A DNA stretch of 64,000 nt from Diadema antillarum (lineage: Eukaryota), in NCBI RefSeq assembly GCF_040938485.1, contig NW_027271172.1, positions 1,178,001 to 1,242,000 on the forward strand. The letters are read 5' to 3'. The notes under the pieces were generated by a model that did no database searches, was not told where the DNA came from, and saw only the letters and a list, made by a program, of their open reading frames with translations. This document shows positions 24,872 through 37,432 of the stretch, piece after piece. How positions within the stretch are numbered: the first letter of the stretch is position 1; every line of letters begins with the position of its first letter. The position numbers and the translations under genes are program-made.

Positions 24872-27169
24872 TTAGATTACTAAAATCTACTAAAGCTTTC
24901 AAACTTCTGAACATGAGGTCATAGAAGCATTCAAGACAGAGATAGTCAAGAGGGGGATAAAAATTGATGATTGCCGATGACGTGAGTATAAGCTACACAT
25001 CTTGAAGGGATGCCTCGTACTGCCTCTGTGTGTAGAAAAACATTGCTCATGAATTTTTCCCAGTCAACATTTATTACTTTCTCGGTATAGATGGGGACCC
25101 CCAAAAAACTTGGCGTGTGGAGGGAGCTGGCGCTGAAATACAATTTAGCAGTTTCCTCCCTCACCCTCCCAACCGGGGCTGTTAGAGGAGAAATTTCCAG
25201 CCGCGCGGAAGCGACATTTGAACAATTTGCCCTTCCACCCCGTAACGAGTTTTCTAACACCCAATTCCTGGCACTGTCACCCCAAATGTGTGCCCCTTTA
25301 CCCACTCCCCTGGACCCGAAGTGACACACATGGTATATGTTCCCCACTCACCCAAAGTTTTAAAGAGGCTAGGCTCGCTCTTTGAACTTTTTCGTCTTTC
25401 TCCTTTTCCTGGTAACCCTGGAGTGCTGCTTCATTTCGGGGGCACATGAATTCAAATTACTGTCACTTATCAGACGAAGACTCCACAAATTGATGATCAA
25501 GTAACTGGAGATGCTGAGGGATTTTTTGTGGTTGATGTTGTCGTAACAAGATGGACAGACACTAGTGCGTGAGAATTATAGTAATTTTCAAGACTTTGTC
25601 AGGGCTTTTGCTATAGATGTATCTCCCATTGTACCCTAAATGGGCAAAAGCCCATTCCTATTTACTTGCAGGGCATTGAGCTCTATATGATCTAGCTGTG
25701 CTGAACAAATTTGCATTTGGATTTGTAACCTGCTTTGTGGGTGTGTGTTATTGCTGATGTTGTTCTAAAAAGCTGCTCTGCATAGTTCTGCAAATGGAAC
25801 GTGATTTTTGGATCTGTGAGAACGCTGCATTTCAGCGCGAATGTGCAAGTGCGAGGTGTGACATGAGTATGAAAATGAAAATTTAAAGCTTTTAAGGTTG
25901 CTGTGCAGATATCTATAAATTTTGTGTGTATCTTTTCCACTCCATCATGTGTGCCCCCTTCCATGCCACCCCCTCCCAATATCCATTCCTTATCCTGTTT
26001 GTGTGTCTGTCAGCTGTACGTGATGGATGTACTCTCGTGTCTTTCCGTCTGTCCGTCTGTCCAGTTGTCTCTTTCTCCACCAGCAGTAGTCGAGGCCAGG
26101 TGCGGGGCACAGCCCTGGGAAATGTCAAATTATCACAGCCCCACCCACTAAGATTGGCGTCTTCTGTCAGGGAAATCGGGGGTCTGTGGAGAGGGAGAGT
26201 TTTGGAGGATTTTTCAGGCACATGGCCCATCATTTGACCCATTGAGGTGTCACGCTCTCCAATTCTGTTTCAACATCTTCCTCATCCTTACTTTTCTTTC
26301 TACCGGTACGTTGACGAGCAATTTGTATAAATATTTCAACAACAAAAAATCAGAAAAGTACCATTTTGTTATCACCATATCGTGAGTACACTTGTGAAAG
26401 GAATGCAGTTTTGCATGAGAAATCACTGAAAAAAAAAAATCTTGCTCTTACTGCAAGCACCATTCTAATGTTCTTACAGGCGTTCTTCTCTATATTTGGC
26501 ATAATGTTGTCTGGCTAAGTCGAGAAAGAAGAAGAAGAAGAAGAGGAAGAAGAAGAAGATGGAGAGATTAATTATATTGTTCTTTTCTATGAGTTTGGGG
26601 AGAGGCTGGCTGTTTCCACAGACTAGTGTCACACAATGTAATAAAGATGTCAGAGATGAAAAACATATTTGCTGTCTGTAAACAAACAGGCACACACGCA
26701 CACACACACATACACATATAAGAAAGGAAAATCCTTTGGAGTTATTACTCACGTTCACATCAGAATTTTTCTACAGCGGATGCCGATTCCCTGGTACGCT
26801 AAAGACAAACAGCTTTGCCCTGTGCCCACTCCCTTTTCCGCCAAGAGTCAAAATATCTTGTCACTCTCGGGCCGTGTGGTGCAACTGTGGTTGATGGCCG
26901 AGTTAATCTCACGAAGATCGAGAATTTGTTTGTAGTGTTCAGCGACCTCGTACAAAATAGGAGCAACTGCTGGTGTATGTCATTGTTTTAAAGGATGGAT
27001 TGTATGTTGTCATGTGGTATTTGATCCTAACCAGTCATGTAACAAGGCCATGTCATTTTGTACAAGCTGAGAATGACAAACAACCCCTAATGAATTGCAT
27101 TTGATCATCTTTAAAAAAACAGGGGTAGCAGTTCAAGGTGTCTCTTCAAGGTTTTTTTTTTTTTTTTGC

Positions 27170-27577
27170 CAGAGGGTATAGTCTACTGGGTATAGTCTAG
27201 AGGGTATAGCCTACAGGATAGAGTAAGACTGTACGTGGCATCGTCTGTAGAGTATGATAAACTGGAAATAGTCTACAGGGTATAGTCTACAGGGTATATC
27301 TTCAGAGGATTGGTGTACAGGGTATACTGTAAAACGAGGAATTTTCGCGTGCATTTTAATTTCGTGAATTTCGCGAGCGCCAAAATTCGCGAAATTAAAA
27401 TGCACGCGAAAGTTTTTGTCTACACTACATGCATTGAACGCCAGTGGCAATTCGCGAAAATTTCATGCCACGAAAAAGGCTGTCGGCTCCAATTCGCGAA
27501 AATTTCATGCCGCATGTTTTACAGTAGTATTGAAGGGAATAGTCTCTGCAGGGTATAGTATGTACAGGGTATATATA

Positions 27578-27617
<40 letters not shown>

Positions 27618-27892
27618 GTCTTTACAGGGTAAATCTCCAGAGGGTGTAGTCACTACAGGTTACAGTCTACAGGGTATAGTCTTCTATAATCTGCAGAGTG
27701 TAGTCTCTACATATGGTATAGTCTACAGGGTGTAGTAACTAGAGGGCATAGTCTATGAAGGGTATATACATGTAGTCTCTACAGAGCATAGTCTCTAAAG
27801 GGAATAGTCACTACATGGTAACTTCTTTACAGGATAAAGCCAACCAGGGGATAGTCTGCGTTGTATAGTCTACATAGTAAATCTCTACAGGG
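27170..27892. repeat. Degenerate 14-bp minisatellite (AGGGTATAGTCTAC)n, interrupted by a MITE and (TA)n
   Basis: Many exact or near-exact units, e.g. acagggtatagtctacagggtata at about 27275; (TA)n at about 27571-27613. Confidence 0.8.
27327..27524. mobile_element. TA-target MITE inside the minisatellite
   Basis: TA|CTGTAAAAC ... GTTTTACAG|TA, with repeated TTCGCGAAAAT motifs. Related elements at about 27895-28094 and 53043-53186. Confidence 0.8.
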
Positions 27893-30120
27893 TGCTGTGA
27901 AAGTGGAAATTTTTTCGGTATGGAAATTTTTCGTGTGACCAGAAACTAGCGCGAAAATAAAAGCATGCAAATATTTTGCTTGTTGTTTGTACCTTTAAGT
28001 TATGTCTTGATTCCGGGGAATTAAAAACAAGCAAAATTGATCTTGCTCGGCAGAGTGCGATAAATTACCCTTGCAAAAATATCCACTTTTAGAGTATAAA
28101 ATTGTAGCCTGTATAGCTCTCTTGTTTATTTGCAAAAGAAAAATGCATTTTTTTCTTGTTTTAATTGAATTTTTAAGGGAATAAGTAATTCATCCATATT
28201 ATCTTATTCTAGAATTTTGATGATTTGGTAATGATGTTTTTATGAGGTAAGACCCTGGAAAAAATTGGAGCAAATTAATTGAACATTTGTGAGACAATTC
28301 TTTTGAAGGGATCATTCTTAAATGAATATTTTTCTCATTTTGTGAATGAGCTGTGTTTTGTTATTTTCCTAGGTTTATATTCTTTACTTACAATAGTATG
28401 TGAAAGATCAGAGCAACCGTGGCGACCGTTGGTGCAGCCGTGAATTTTTCACTAGCAAACTCTGCTCAGGGCGTGGTCAAGTGACATGGGCTTTTATGGT
28501 GTAGGCAAGTGGCATAAACCTCTTCATCACAGTGTGTTTTGGGCAAGAGAATGTGAAATTTGCAGCACAAAAATGTGGAAAATGTATAGACCATGTCATC
28601 CAATGCCTCCCCCTTTTTGTTTAAAGGTTTGAGTGAGTTCAGCATCAGAGTGCTAGTACGTTTTTCTAACCTTCAGTCTCTGCATTATGAAATATCCTAA
28701 GGTTGATGAACCCCCAGAGAATCTGTGCATATCAAAAATGTAAAAACTACTGGTATTATACTTTAATCACACACAAAATTTTAAGGTCTAAAGAAAAACA
28801 TATTCTCCCTGGGAAGTACATACCTCCATCACTATGTGACAGATGCAGTACGAGAAGAGTGCAAAGACATCATTATTGATATTGATAGTATATTGGAAGA
28901 TGTGTAGCATTTAGTTCATATCTACAGACTGTAAGATTTTGGATATACAATCATCCTGATATTTGTTCCTTCCTTGATTCATGTTTAGAATTTTCAAGCA
29001 AGAGGCAAAGTTTCATAACGTCGCTGGGGTGGCAAGACCTTGGTATCTCAAATTTGAGTGAAAATGGCTTTTTTGGATTTAGGGCAATTCCGCGGTAACG
29101 GAATTACAAATCAGAGAATTTTGGCTCATATTCTTTCACCCTGTATACAGGATTGATTACTTTGCCTTCTCTTGATACATTTAAAAGATGCAGAGGTACT
29201 CACACTGTCACCCCAAATACAAATTTGTTAAATGTTCTCACTTGGTTGGTTACAAAGGAGGTCTATGTGCGATGGTAACGGAATTACCAGAGAATTTAGT
29301 CACTACTTCAACTCTGACTTTGGGAGTTGTTTCTCTGAAATCTATAACACATACACTGTAGGTTGTTGTCTGATTTCATCTTTGATTGTGTCGACTTCAA
29401 TTCAGTTGTATTGTTTTTCAAATATTTCATCACATTATCCAAGCAGCACGCTTTTTCTCTGTAAAGTCAGTGGTAACGGAATTACACAAATGGTAACGGA
29501 ATTACGCCTTCTGAAATACCAGGGATCTCGCCAGCGTATATCACCCTTGTCGGCCCCGACAAGCGTGCGGTTTGAAGAAGCAATTGCCGACAAGGGTAAA
29601 ACTTGCCGACAAGGGTAACACCACGCGTGAACTTGCCGACAAGGGTAACTTGCTTGACGAGCTAAGTTCGGACCAATTTCTCGCCTTTTTCAGTTTTTAT
29701 TATCTGGCTAGAAAAGAAGCTAGATGTTGAAAGCAGCAGCAGTTTACATACTTAAACAAGCGCAAAAATTTACCCACGCAGTCACCGCACCGATCACAAC
29801 AACGCGGCTCAACAGAGCGACGTACTAGCTGATACCAGGGAGGTCTCACCTCCCTGCTGATACACACCACATCACACACTTGCTCACTCACATGCGCTCT
29901 GATTTGGGATCCACACACACATGCACAAGCACCCAGCCGGCCACTTACTGGTATACCTAGCCGCCTGCGTGTACAACGGTACAGTGTATATTGTGAGAGG
30001 GAGAGAGAGGACGGAAAGAGAGGGTCGGAGGCCGAAGGAGGCTGAGGAAGGTTGACACGTGCTCGCTTGTTGTCACGCTTGTTGTCGGGTTACGCAAAAA
30101 CAAACGATATGAAATGCATG

Positions 30121-30350
30121 CCCCCCACCGCCAAAGGTTGTATTTTTTTTTTTGGCTGCTTTGGTTTGTTTGTTAGTTTGTCTGCCTGTCTGTCTCTCTA
30201 TTCGCAAAATAAGTCAAAATTTGGGAATAGATTAGGATGAAATTTTCAGGAAGAGTTGGTTGGTAAAATGGCGCAAGGAACAGATGATTAAATTTTGATA
30301 GTGAGCAGGATTTATAATACCACCGAAATTCACCGCCAGGATCCAGGAAC
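30121..30350 (+). mobile_element. Truncated HINE-like fragment
   Basis: ccaccgccaaaggttgtatttt followed by a (TTTG)/(TGTC) microsatellite and ggatgaaattttcagga; same layout as the 5' half of 10523-10984. Confidence 0.5.
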
Positions 30351-31244
30351 TTTAGACTTTGTTTCGTATATTTGAAAGGATTCGTATCAATTCTTTAGGA
30401 AGCTGGCCATCGGCAATGACGCAAAATTAGATGCGTTCAAAGCATTGCCGCAGAGAGAAAATTAACTCCATTTTTCGTTAAAAAAAGAAAAGAAAAAAGA
30501 ACGTGCGATGGAGTAAGCAAATGCAAATTGTTATTTAGGTTTTGGTAGTTTCAATGGGTTTTTTTTTTTTTTAATCTAAAAAGCCATGCGTTCCATTTTA
30601 ACCTTTTCAATTTCTACGGATTTGTAAACGTCATTCGTGAATATTCCATTTTCCTTCTCCGGGCCGAAATTTATAGTAATTCTGTCATGATGGTCTTTCA
30701 AGTTCAACGTATACGTAATGCTCCACGTGCTTCTGGCTTGGTTTGTTAAAAGGTGGGTTAGGGGGCCTTCACGGGCAGAAAATAAATGATGATCATTCAT
30801 CAATGTTCCCAGTTGGTTTACATGCTATGTACACGCTGTTTACGACCACTGAAGCAAGGTGGCAGTACGCGCGACATTCTTTATCTGACACCTGGCTTTC
30901 GTGGAAATTTCATGGAAATTTCCACAAGCCATGATATCAAGTTTCCCCACTGCTTGAGGTCGTGCTTTTTTTTTATTCTTCATTACGAACATCAATTTGT
31001 TCAACTTGAAAAGTGTAGATAATTTGCTTTGAGGACGTGTTTCTTTCTTCTTTTTTTTCATTGCAGCATCGGTAACATTTTGTTTTGTTCATCGTCCCTG
31101 CATAGCAGGGGTTCATGGGAGGAGAACGATAGGAATGACTGGGGAGAAAATAAACTGAACAAAGTGAAAGAAGGAAGCATCTTTTGAGCGAGCTGTCTTT
31201 GTTTTTCTCTACACCAGCATCAGTTATCGCCACCAAGATTCATT

Positions 31245-32960
31245 TTTTTTTTCGTTACTCCGACAGATTAATGATAAAATGATGCTAGATTCTTTATTCT
31301 GAAGGTTCGTTAATCCAAAAATGATTAAGAAAAAATGTCCGTTCATTTCACGACGAAATCAGTTTTGTTATTTCGAACGTTCTGCCAGTGAAATTTCGGA
31401 ATAAAACGACGGTACAAATCAGCGTGTTTTCGTACTCTAAGGGTCTGTTATTCCGACAGAAGTAGTAATGATGAAATAATAAATTGTAGATTCTTTATTC
31501 TGAAGGTTCGTTAACCGAAAATTGAATAAAGAAAAATGTCCGTAAATTTCAAAACGAAATCAGTGCGTCATTTCAAACGTTTTGCCAGTGAAATTTTGGA
31601 ATAAAACGACTGCCCCAAAACAGTTGCAGTTTTCTTACTCTGAGGGTTCGTTACTCCGACAGATTAATGATAAAATAATGCTAGATTCCCTATTCTGAAG
31701 GTTCGTTAATCCAAAAAAATGATTAAGAAAAAATGTCCGTTCATTTCACAACGAAATCAGTTTTGTTATTTCGAACGTTTCTGTCAGTGAAATTTCGGAA
31801 TAAAACGACGGCACAAAACAGCGTGTTTTCGTACTCTATAAGGGTCTGTTATTCCGACAGAAGTAGTAATGATGAAATAACAATAGATTCTTTATTCTGA
31901 AGGTTCGTTAACCGAAAATTGAATAAAGAAAAATGTCCGTAAATTTCAAAACGAAATCAGTGCGTCATTTCGAACGTTTTGCCAGTGACATTTGGAATAA
32001 AACTGCCCCCAAAACAGTTGCACTTTTCTTACTCTTTCGAACGTTTTGCCAGTGAAATTTGGAATAAAACTGCCCCCAAAACAGTTGCACTTTTCTTACT
32101 CTTAGGGTTTGTTACTCCGACAGATCAATGAAAAAATAATGCTATATTCCTTATTCTGAAGGTTCGTTGATCCAAAAATGATTTTAAAAAATGTCCGTTC
32201 ATTTCACAACGAAATCAGTTTTGTTATTTCGAACGTTTCCGTCAGTGAAATTTCAGAATAAAACGACGGCCCCAAAACGGTTACAGTTTTCTTTTACTCT
32301 GAAGGTTCGTTACTGCGAAAGAATGATGATAAAATACTTTAGATTCTTAATTCTGAACGATCGTTAATCGGAAAACGATAAAGAAGAAATGAAAACGGTT
32401 ACAGTTTTCTTACCCTCAGGGTTCGTTACTCCGAAAGAATAATGGCAAAATAATACTCTACATTCTTAATTCTGAATGATCGTTAATAGAAAAATTATAA
32501 AGGAGAAAATATTCGTTTATATCCAAACGAAATCAGTTTTGTTATTTCGAATGTTCTGCCAGTATAATTTCGGAATACAACAACGGCCCTAAAAGGGTGT
32601 TTTCTTATTCAGAAGGTTTGTTATTCTGAATAACGATGATAGATGATAGATTCCTTTCTGAAGGTTCGTTGATCGGAAAATAATAAAGAAAAAATGCTTG
32701 TTAATCTTCTTATTCAGAAGGTTTGTTATTCTGAATAACGATGATAGATGATAGATTCCTTTCTGAAGGTTCGTTGATCGGAAAATAATAAAGAAAAAAT
32801 GCTTGTTAATCTTCGAACGACATCAGTTTTATTTTGAACATTCATCTGTAGTACCGACCTTTGGTGTTGTTGCTGTTTTCGATTACAAACCTTCGAAGTA
32901 CTCAGTAATGAATCGTTTCATTTTATGTTTAAACAAACCTTCGGAATAATGACCATCATT
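31245..32960. repeat. Tandem array of ~195-bp monomers with an alternating A/B higher-order structure
   Basis: TTA(C/T)TCCGACAG recurs at 31255, 31448, 31651, 31849 and 32112 (variant 32310). Internal TTATTCTGAAGGTTCGTT subrepeats, an exact ~105-bp duplication at 32605/32710, and inverted motif copies (aaccttcggaataa) at about 32890-32950. Confidence 0.85.
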
Positions 32961-35900
32961 ACATTTTTGTATGATATCTCTTTGATGTCACGGCTAAACT
33001 ACCGCAGTATACCCAGAAAGGAAAGTGCAACGATGTCCCGAAAGTTCTCGATCGCTTCTCGCGCATCTGCATGCAATAGGCCTACCACGTGGTCGAGCAG
33101 ACGGCGAGAAAGCAACACGGCGCGCGTTGTTGCGATGCAGAGGCGGCTAATTATTGCAACAGTGAAACAGGAAAGGCCTAAAAGAATTCGGAACCTCCAC
33201 CACCGGCACCTACCGTACTTCTCTTTCATTTATTATTTAGGAACTGCCGCTAACAAAAGGTATGGAGTTTCTGCATTGTTTCTGTGAGAATATGCCCCTC
33301 ACAACGTTCATTACATCTCCGTGAAAATGTCGCATTTAGTGGCATTTTAGCGGCGATTTATCTGTGTTGTATTGAGCATTAGCGAAGGCTTCCGCGCTTC
33401 GCGCGGGAGGGGGAACCCCCCTCCCGTACCCACCCCCAGAACAGCGCGCATAAATGCCGACAAGCGTGAAGACATTCCTGGCGAGAACCCTGAATACACT
33501 GGAAAAAATACACATTCTTGGTACTCATGTATTCTGAAATGTCTTGATAAAGATTGTTTATGCCTTTAGCTATAATATAACCACTAAATAAGTACTCTCT
33601 AGCCTTTGACCTTGAACTGCTACAAGTGTATAGGTGCCAAATGAGTTTTTATTGTCAAAAAACATAAAATGTTCATGCTAACGACTGTGATTTGAAGTCG
33701 TAACTATGTCAATTAAGATCTTGTAACCTATAAGTACCACATCCATCAAAATTTGTCTACTTTCAAGTTAAGAATTTCACACTCTGCAGGTAAATGACAT
33801 CTAAGACACATGGTAACGGAATTACGCTAGAATAGCCCTACACAAGTACAATTCTATAAATCCAGTCAACAATACTCAAATTTTCTTGTATTTCTTTTGT
33901 TGATATCATGCAAGGCAGATTTCTCTGTTTTCTTCTTCCTAAATATGCCAATAATTGACAATATGTGTGAATTACTTACAAGTATTGTACATAAATATTA
34001 TGTGTGCATGCATAAGAAAATAATAAAAAACTGTCCGGATTGACATTGAATTTAAATATAAATCATAAAGTGCCAATTTACAGTGCAAGAGCACAGTGTG
34101 CAGCCCCATCATTGAACACTATGTTTAATATTAAGGATGAACACTAAAGATGCTTGAAACTTTTAATTTGTTATGAAGTGAAAAGATGCAGTTGTGGTTC
34201 AATAACAAATTTAACAAATTGCAATTCAATCAAAAATAGAAAAGAAAATTTTCTTATATGATTATGGTAATGCACCAGTGCTTAATCATTATTATCTATA
34301 TGTTATGGCATATATTAATCACTAAAAACTTGTGACATTTTACTCATAGCTGAAGTTGCCCCCTGGTATATAATGTAGTGCATAATTTGATAATTCCCTT
34401 ACAGTGTAAGTCCTACTTAAGCCCACCAAAATAAAATGAACTAAACTAATAGGAAATAGAAAACAGCAAAATAACTTTAACAAACTACAACTTTTTGAAC
34501 CATTAGAGTGAGTCCACCAAATTCTGTTAATTCATAGAAAGGTAAGAGGGCCTCTTTTATCCATCTGCAGCTCACTGTGTTAGAGTTAGATTAATCAACC
34601 TGTGAATAATGTTAGTATTTACTTCTGACCACACAAAATTTCCAAATGACGTCTTCAGAAACACAATCATGACTTGGCCTATAATTTTCCTACAAGTTTC
34701 CTGTCTCTGTCTTTCTTCTTTGACTTTGTCTATTTTCTCATCCTGAGTGTTGCCATATATTTACTCACAAGAAGTGTGCATCTTCTCTTTTGCAGTAAGT
34801 TGTATTTTGACTGCCTGAAAGCAAATTATAAAATACACTGTAATGGCACTTGTATGAAAGGAAACTGGATTGTATCAGCAAATGATAACATGAAGAGTAA
34901 AGGTAGAAGCAGAAGCCCATTGACTTTAATATTTAAAATCTTCTTAGGATGAGAAAGTATAGGCCTAAATGTTACATTTTAGAGCTGTATCACAATTACT
35001 GACTGGGTAAATGTTCATCACAAATGGTGTTTTTGTCTTTATTCCTTTTAAAAAGAAAGGATTAAAGAACAAATTTCGAAGGGTAGCAGATGCTCTGTAT
35101 CAAATGGGCATGAAAATCAAAATACATGTCTCTGTGGAGGAAAGATCTAAGAAACAAAGGAAAGAAGGTCATAGTCATACACTTACCATTATCAAAGATA
35201 AAGGACTTGAGGATGAAAACAGGACATGTTCAATAAAAGGTCAGACTATCGACTTGGTGATAATATTAATAAAGCCTTTAGCATACAGAAAGATCAAAGG
35301 TGTCACATTCAGTGGGCATCCCATGTCAAGTAATGACTTCTATCACATTGTGTATGATCCTTCTCTTAAATTCTTGATCTTTTCTCACAAAAATTATCCT
35401 GTTCATTTCTCTCTGTCAGTAGCAGTGCTCTCTTTTCCTTTTAAAGAAATTTTATGTCCTTCCTCTTCTTTGTAACCTTTGTTCAAATTATGCTGCATCA
35501 CACCAGGGAGGTGACCTCCCTGATCACACCCATTCAATAGTCCCTCATCACTATACTTAGATTTTGTATGAAACCATGAGACTTTTTAGCAAGAAAATAT
35601 ACAAATTGATATCTCAGAATTCAGTATGATTTTTATCATTTGAGAATGTGTATCTGTAGCAAACCTTATAAAGTTATCAGTTAGCACAGTCTCCATGTAC
35701 ACATGTAGTTCTTGTACATGAGAAAAGGTGAAGGAAGGGGGGAGATTTTCAGCACAAGAAGTCTTGTCAAGCGTGTACTCTGATGTCAGGACTCACTGTC
35801 AGAGGCAGCCAGCTACACTGTATGCTGAGTCATGTCAGTGTATCATACCATACAGATATTTCAACTTTCACTCCTTTACTGCCAATCACTAACACTGTTA

Positions 35901-36314
35901 AGCTCATTGATAATGCCCTGAAGCTATTTCATGAACAGTTCACATACATATTGGCACGAAAGTGGGATATGTCATTCTCTTCCATATTAGATGTGCTTGT
36001 AATTCCGTTACCATGTAATTCTGTTACCACAATTACAGAAGAACTGAAGGAGATATTTCACAAAATGTTTTGTGACTTTTCAGGGAGTCACATGTAGAGC
36101 AAAAATTTACAAGGGGAGAAAAAATCAGTGATTAGTTTGTTCAGGAGAAAACTTTTCTCAATTTTATGGTAACAGAATTACGTCAATTTGTCAGTAGATT
36201 TTGAAAATTTCTCAAAAAAATATAATGAGAGTGACTGAATGCTTCATTAAATGTGATTGTTGAAGCATAGGAAGAAAGATGTGGAAGTATGGATAAAGCA
36301 GAGAGATATTTAAG

Positions 36315-37432
36315 TTTTTGTCCCCGCCGAACGACTTCGAGCAGGGGACTATGAAACGGGCTCCGTACGTGTGTGTGTCCGTGTGTCCGTCCGTCCGTCC
36401 GTGTGTGCGTCCGTGTGTGCGTCCGTGTGTGATCAAAATCTTCAATTTGCTACTTCTCTGTCATTTATGAGCCAATTTTGATTCTGTTTGCCTTATATGA
36501 TAGCACTACATGGGAGCTTTGAAACTTCTACACAGAATTTCAGTCGTGACCTTTGACCTTGACCTTTGACCTATATTGTACATTTTGCTACAAAATGCTA
36601 CTCCTTCGCCATTTCTAACCCGATTTCGATTCCGTTTGCTTTATGTGATGGCACTAGGTGAGGGCTTCAAAACTTCTACACAGAATTTTGACCTTTGACT
36701 TCTTTGACCTTTGACCTTGATTTTTGACCTGTATTGTACATTTTGCTACAAAATGCTACTCCTTCGCCATTTCTAACCCGATTTTGATTCCGTTTGCTTT
36801 ATGTGATGGCACTAGGTGAGGGCTTCAAAACTTCTACACAGAATTTTGACCTTTGACTTCTTTGACCTTTGACCTTGATTTTTTGACCTATATTGTACAT
36901 TGGCTACAAAATGCTACTCCTTCGCCATTTCTAACCCGATTTCGATTCCGTTTGCTTTATGTGATGGCACTAGGTGAGGGCTTCAACACTTCTACACAGA
37001 ATTTTGACCTTTGACTTCTTTGACCTTTGACCTTGATTTTTTGACCTGTATTGTACATTTTGCTACAAAATGCTACTCCTTCGCCATTTCTATCCCGATT
37101 TCGATTCCGTTTGCTTTATGTGATGGCACTAGGTGAGGGCTTCAAAACTTCTACGCAGAATTTTGACCTTTGACTTCTTTGACCTTTGACCTTGATTTTT
37201 TACCTATATTGTACATTGGCTACAAAATGCTACTCCTTCGCCATTTCTAACCGGATTTCGATTCCGTTTCCTTTATGTGATGGCACTAGGTGAGGGCTTC
37301 AAAACTTCTACACAGAATGTTGACCTTTGACTTCTTTGACCTTTGACCTTGATCTTTTGACCTATATAGTACACTTTGATACTAAATGCTACTTCCGGCG
37401 GGGACATATTTTACGCACCGCATAATTTCTAC
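36315..37432 (+). mobile_element. Helentron-associated element (DINE-1/HINE-like) with an internal 158-bp tandem array
   Basis: subTIR TGTCCCCGCCG (36319-36329) / CGGCGGGGACA (37396-37406); 5' GTCCCC..GGGGAC hairpin; (GTCC)/(GT) microsatellite. GCACTAGGTG at 36651, 36809, 36967, 37126 and 37283 gives a period of 157-159. Confidence 0.85.

Larger units (their letters stand above)
29520..33492. mobile_element. hAT-like non-autonomous element with 5-bp TSD, nested in the above
   Basis: AATAC|CAGGGATCTCGCCAG ... CTGGCGAGAACCCTG|AATAC (14/15 TIR). Subterminal (G)CCGACAAG motifs at both ends; no transposase ORF. Confidence 0.85.

Noticed and set aside
26060-26106. Microexon candidate (strong acceptor ...ctccaccAG, donor CAG|gtgcgg)
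   Set aside because: The possible lengths (16, 13, 10 nt) all break the frame in this phase 1 intron; no other support.
35011-35475. Longest ORF (154 aa) as a transposase or cargo gene
   Set aside because: No recognisable domain or catalytic motif; AT-rich chance ORF.
31245-37390. Regular arrays (195-bp and 158-bp) as CRISPR-like loci
   Set aside because: Whole units are repeated with no unique spacers, there are no cas genes, and the context is a eukaryotic intron.
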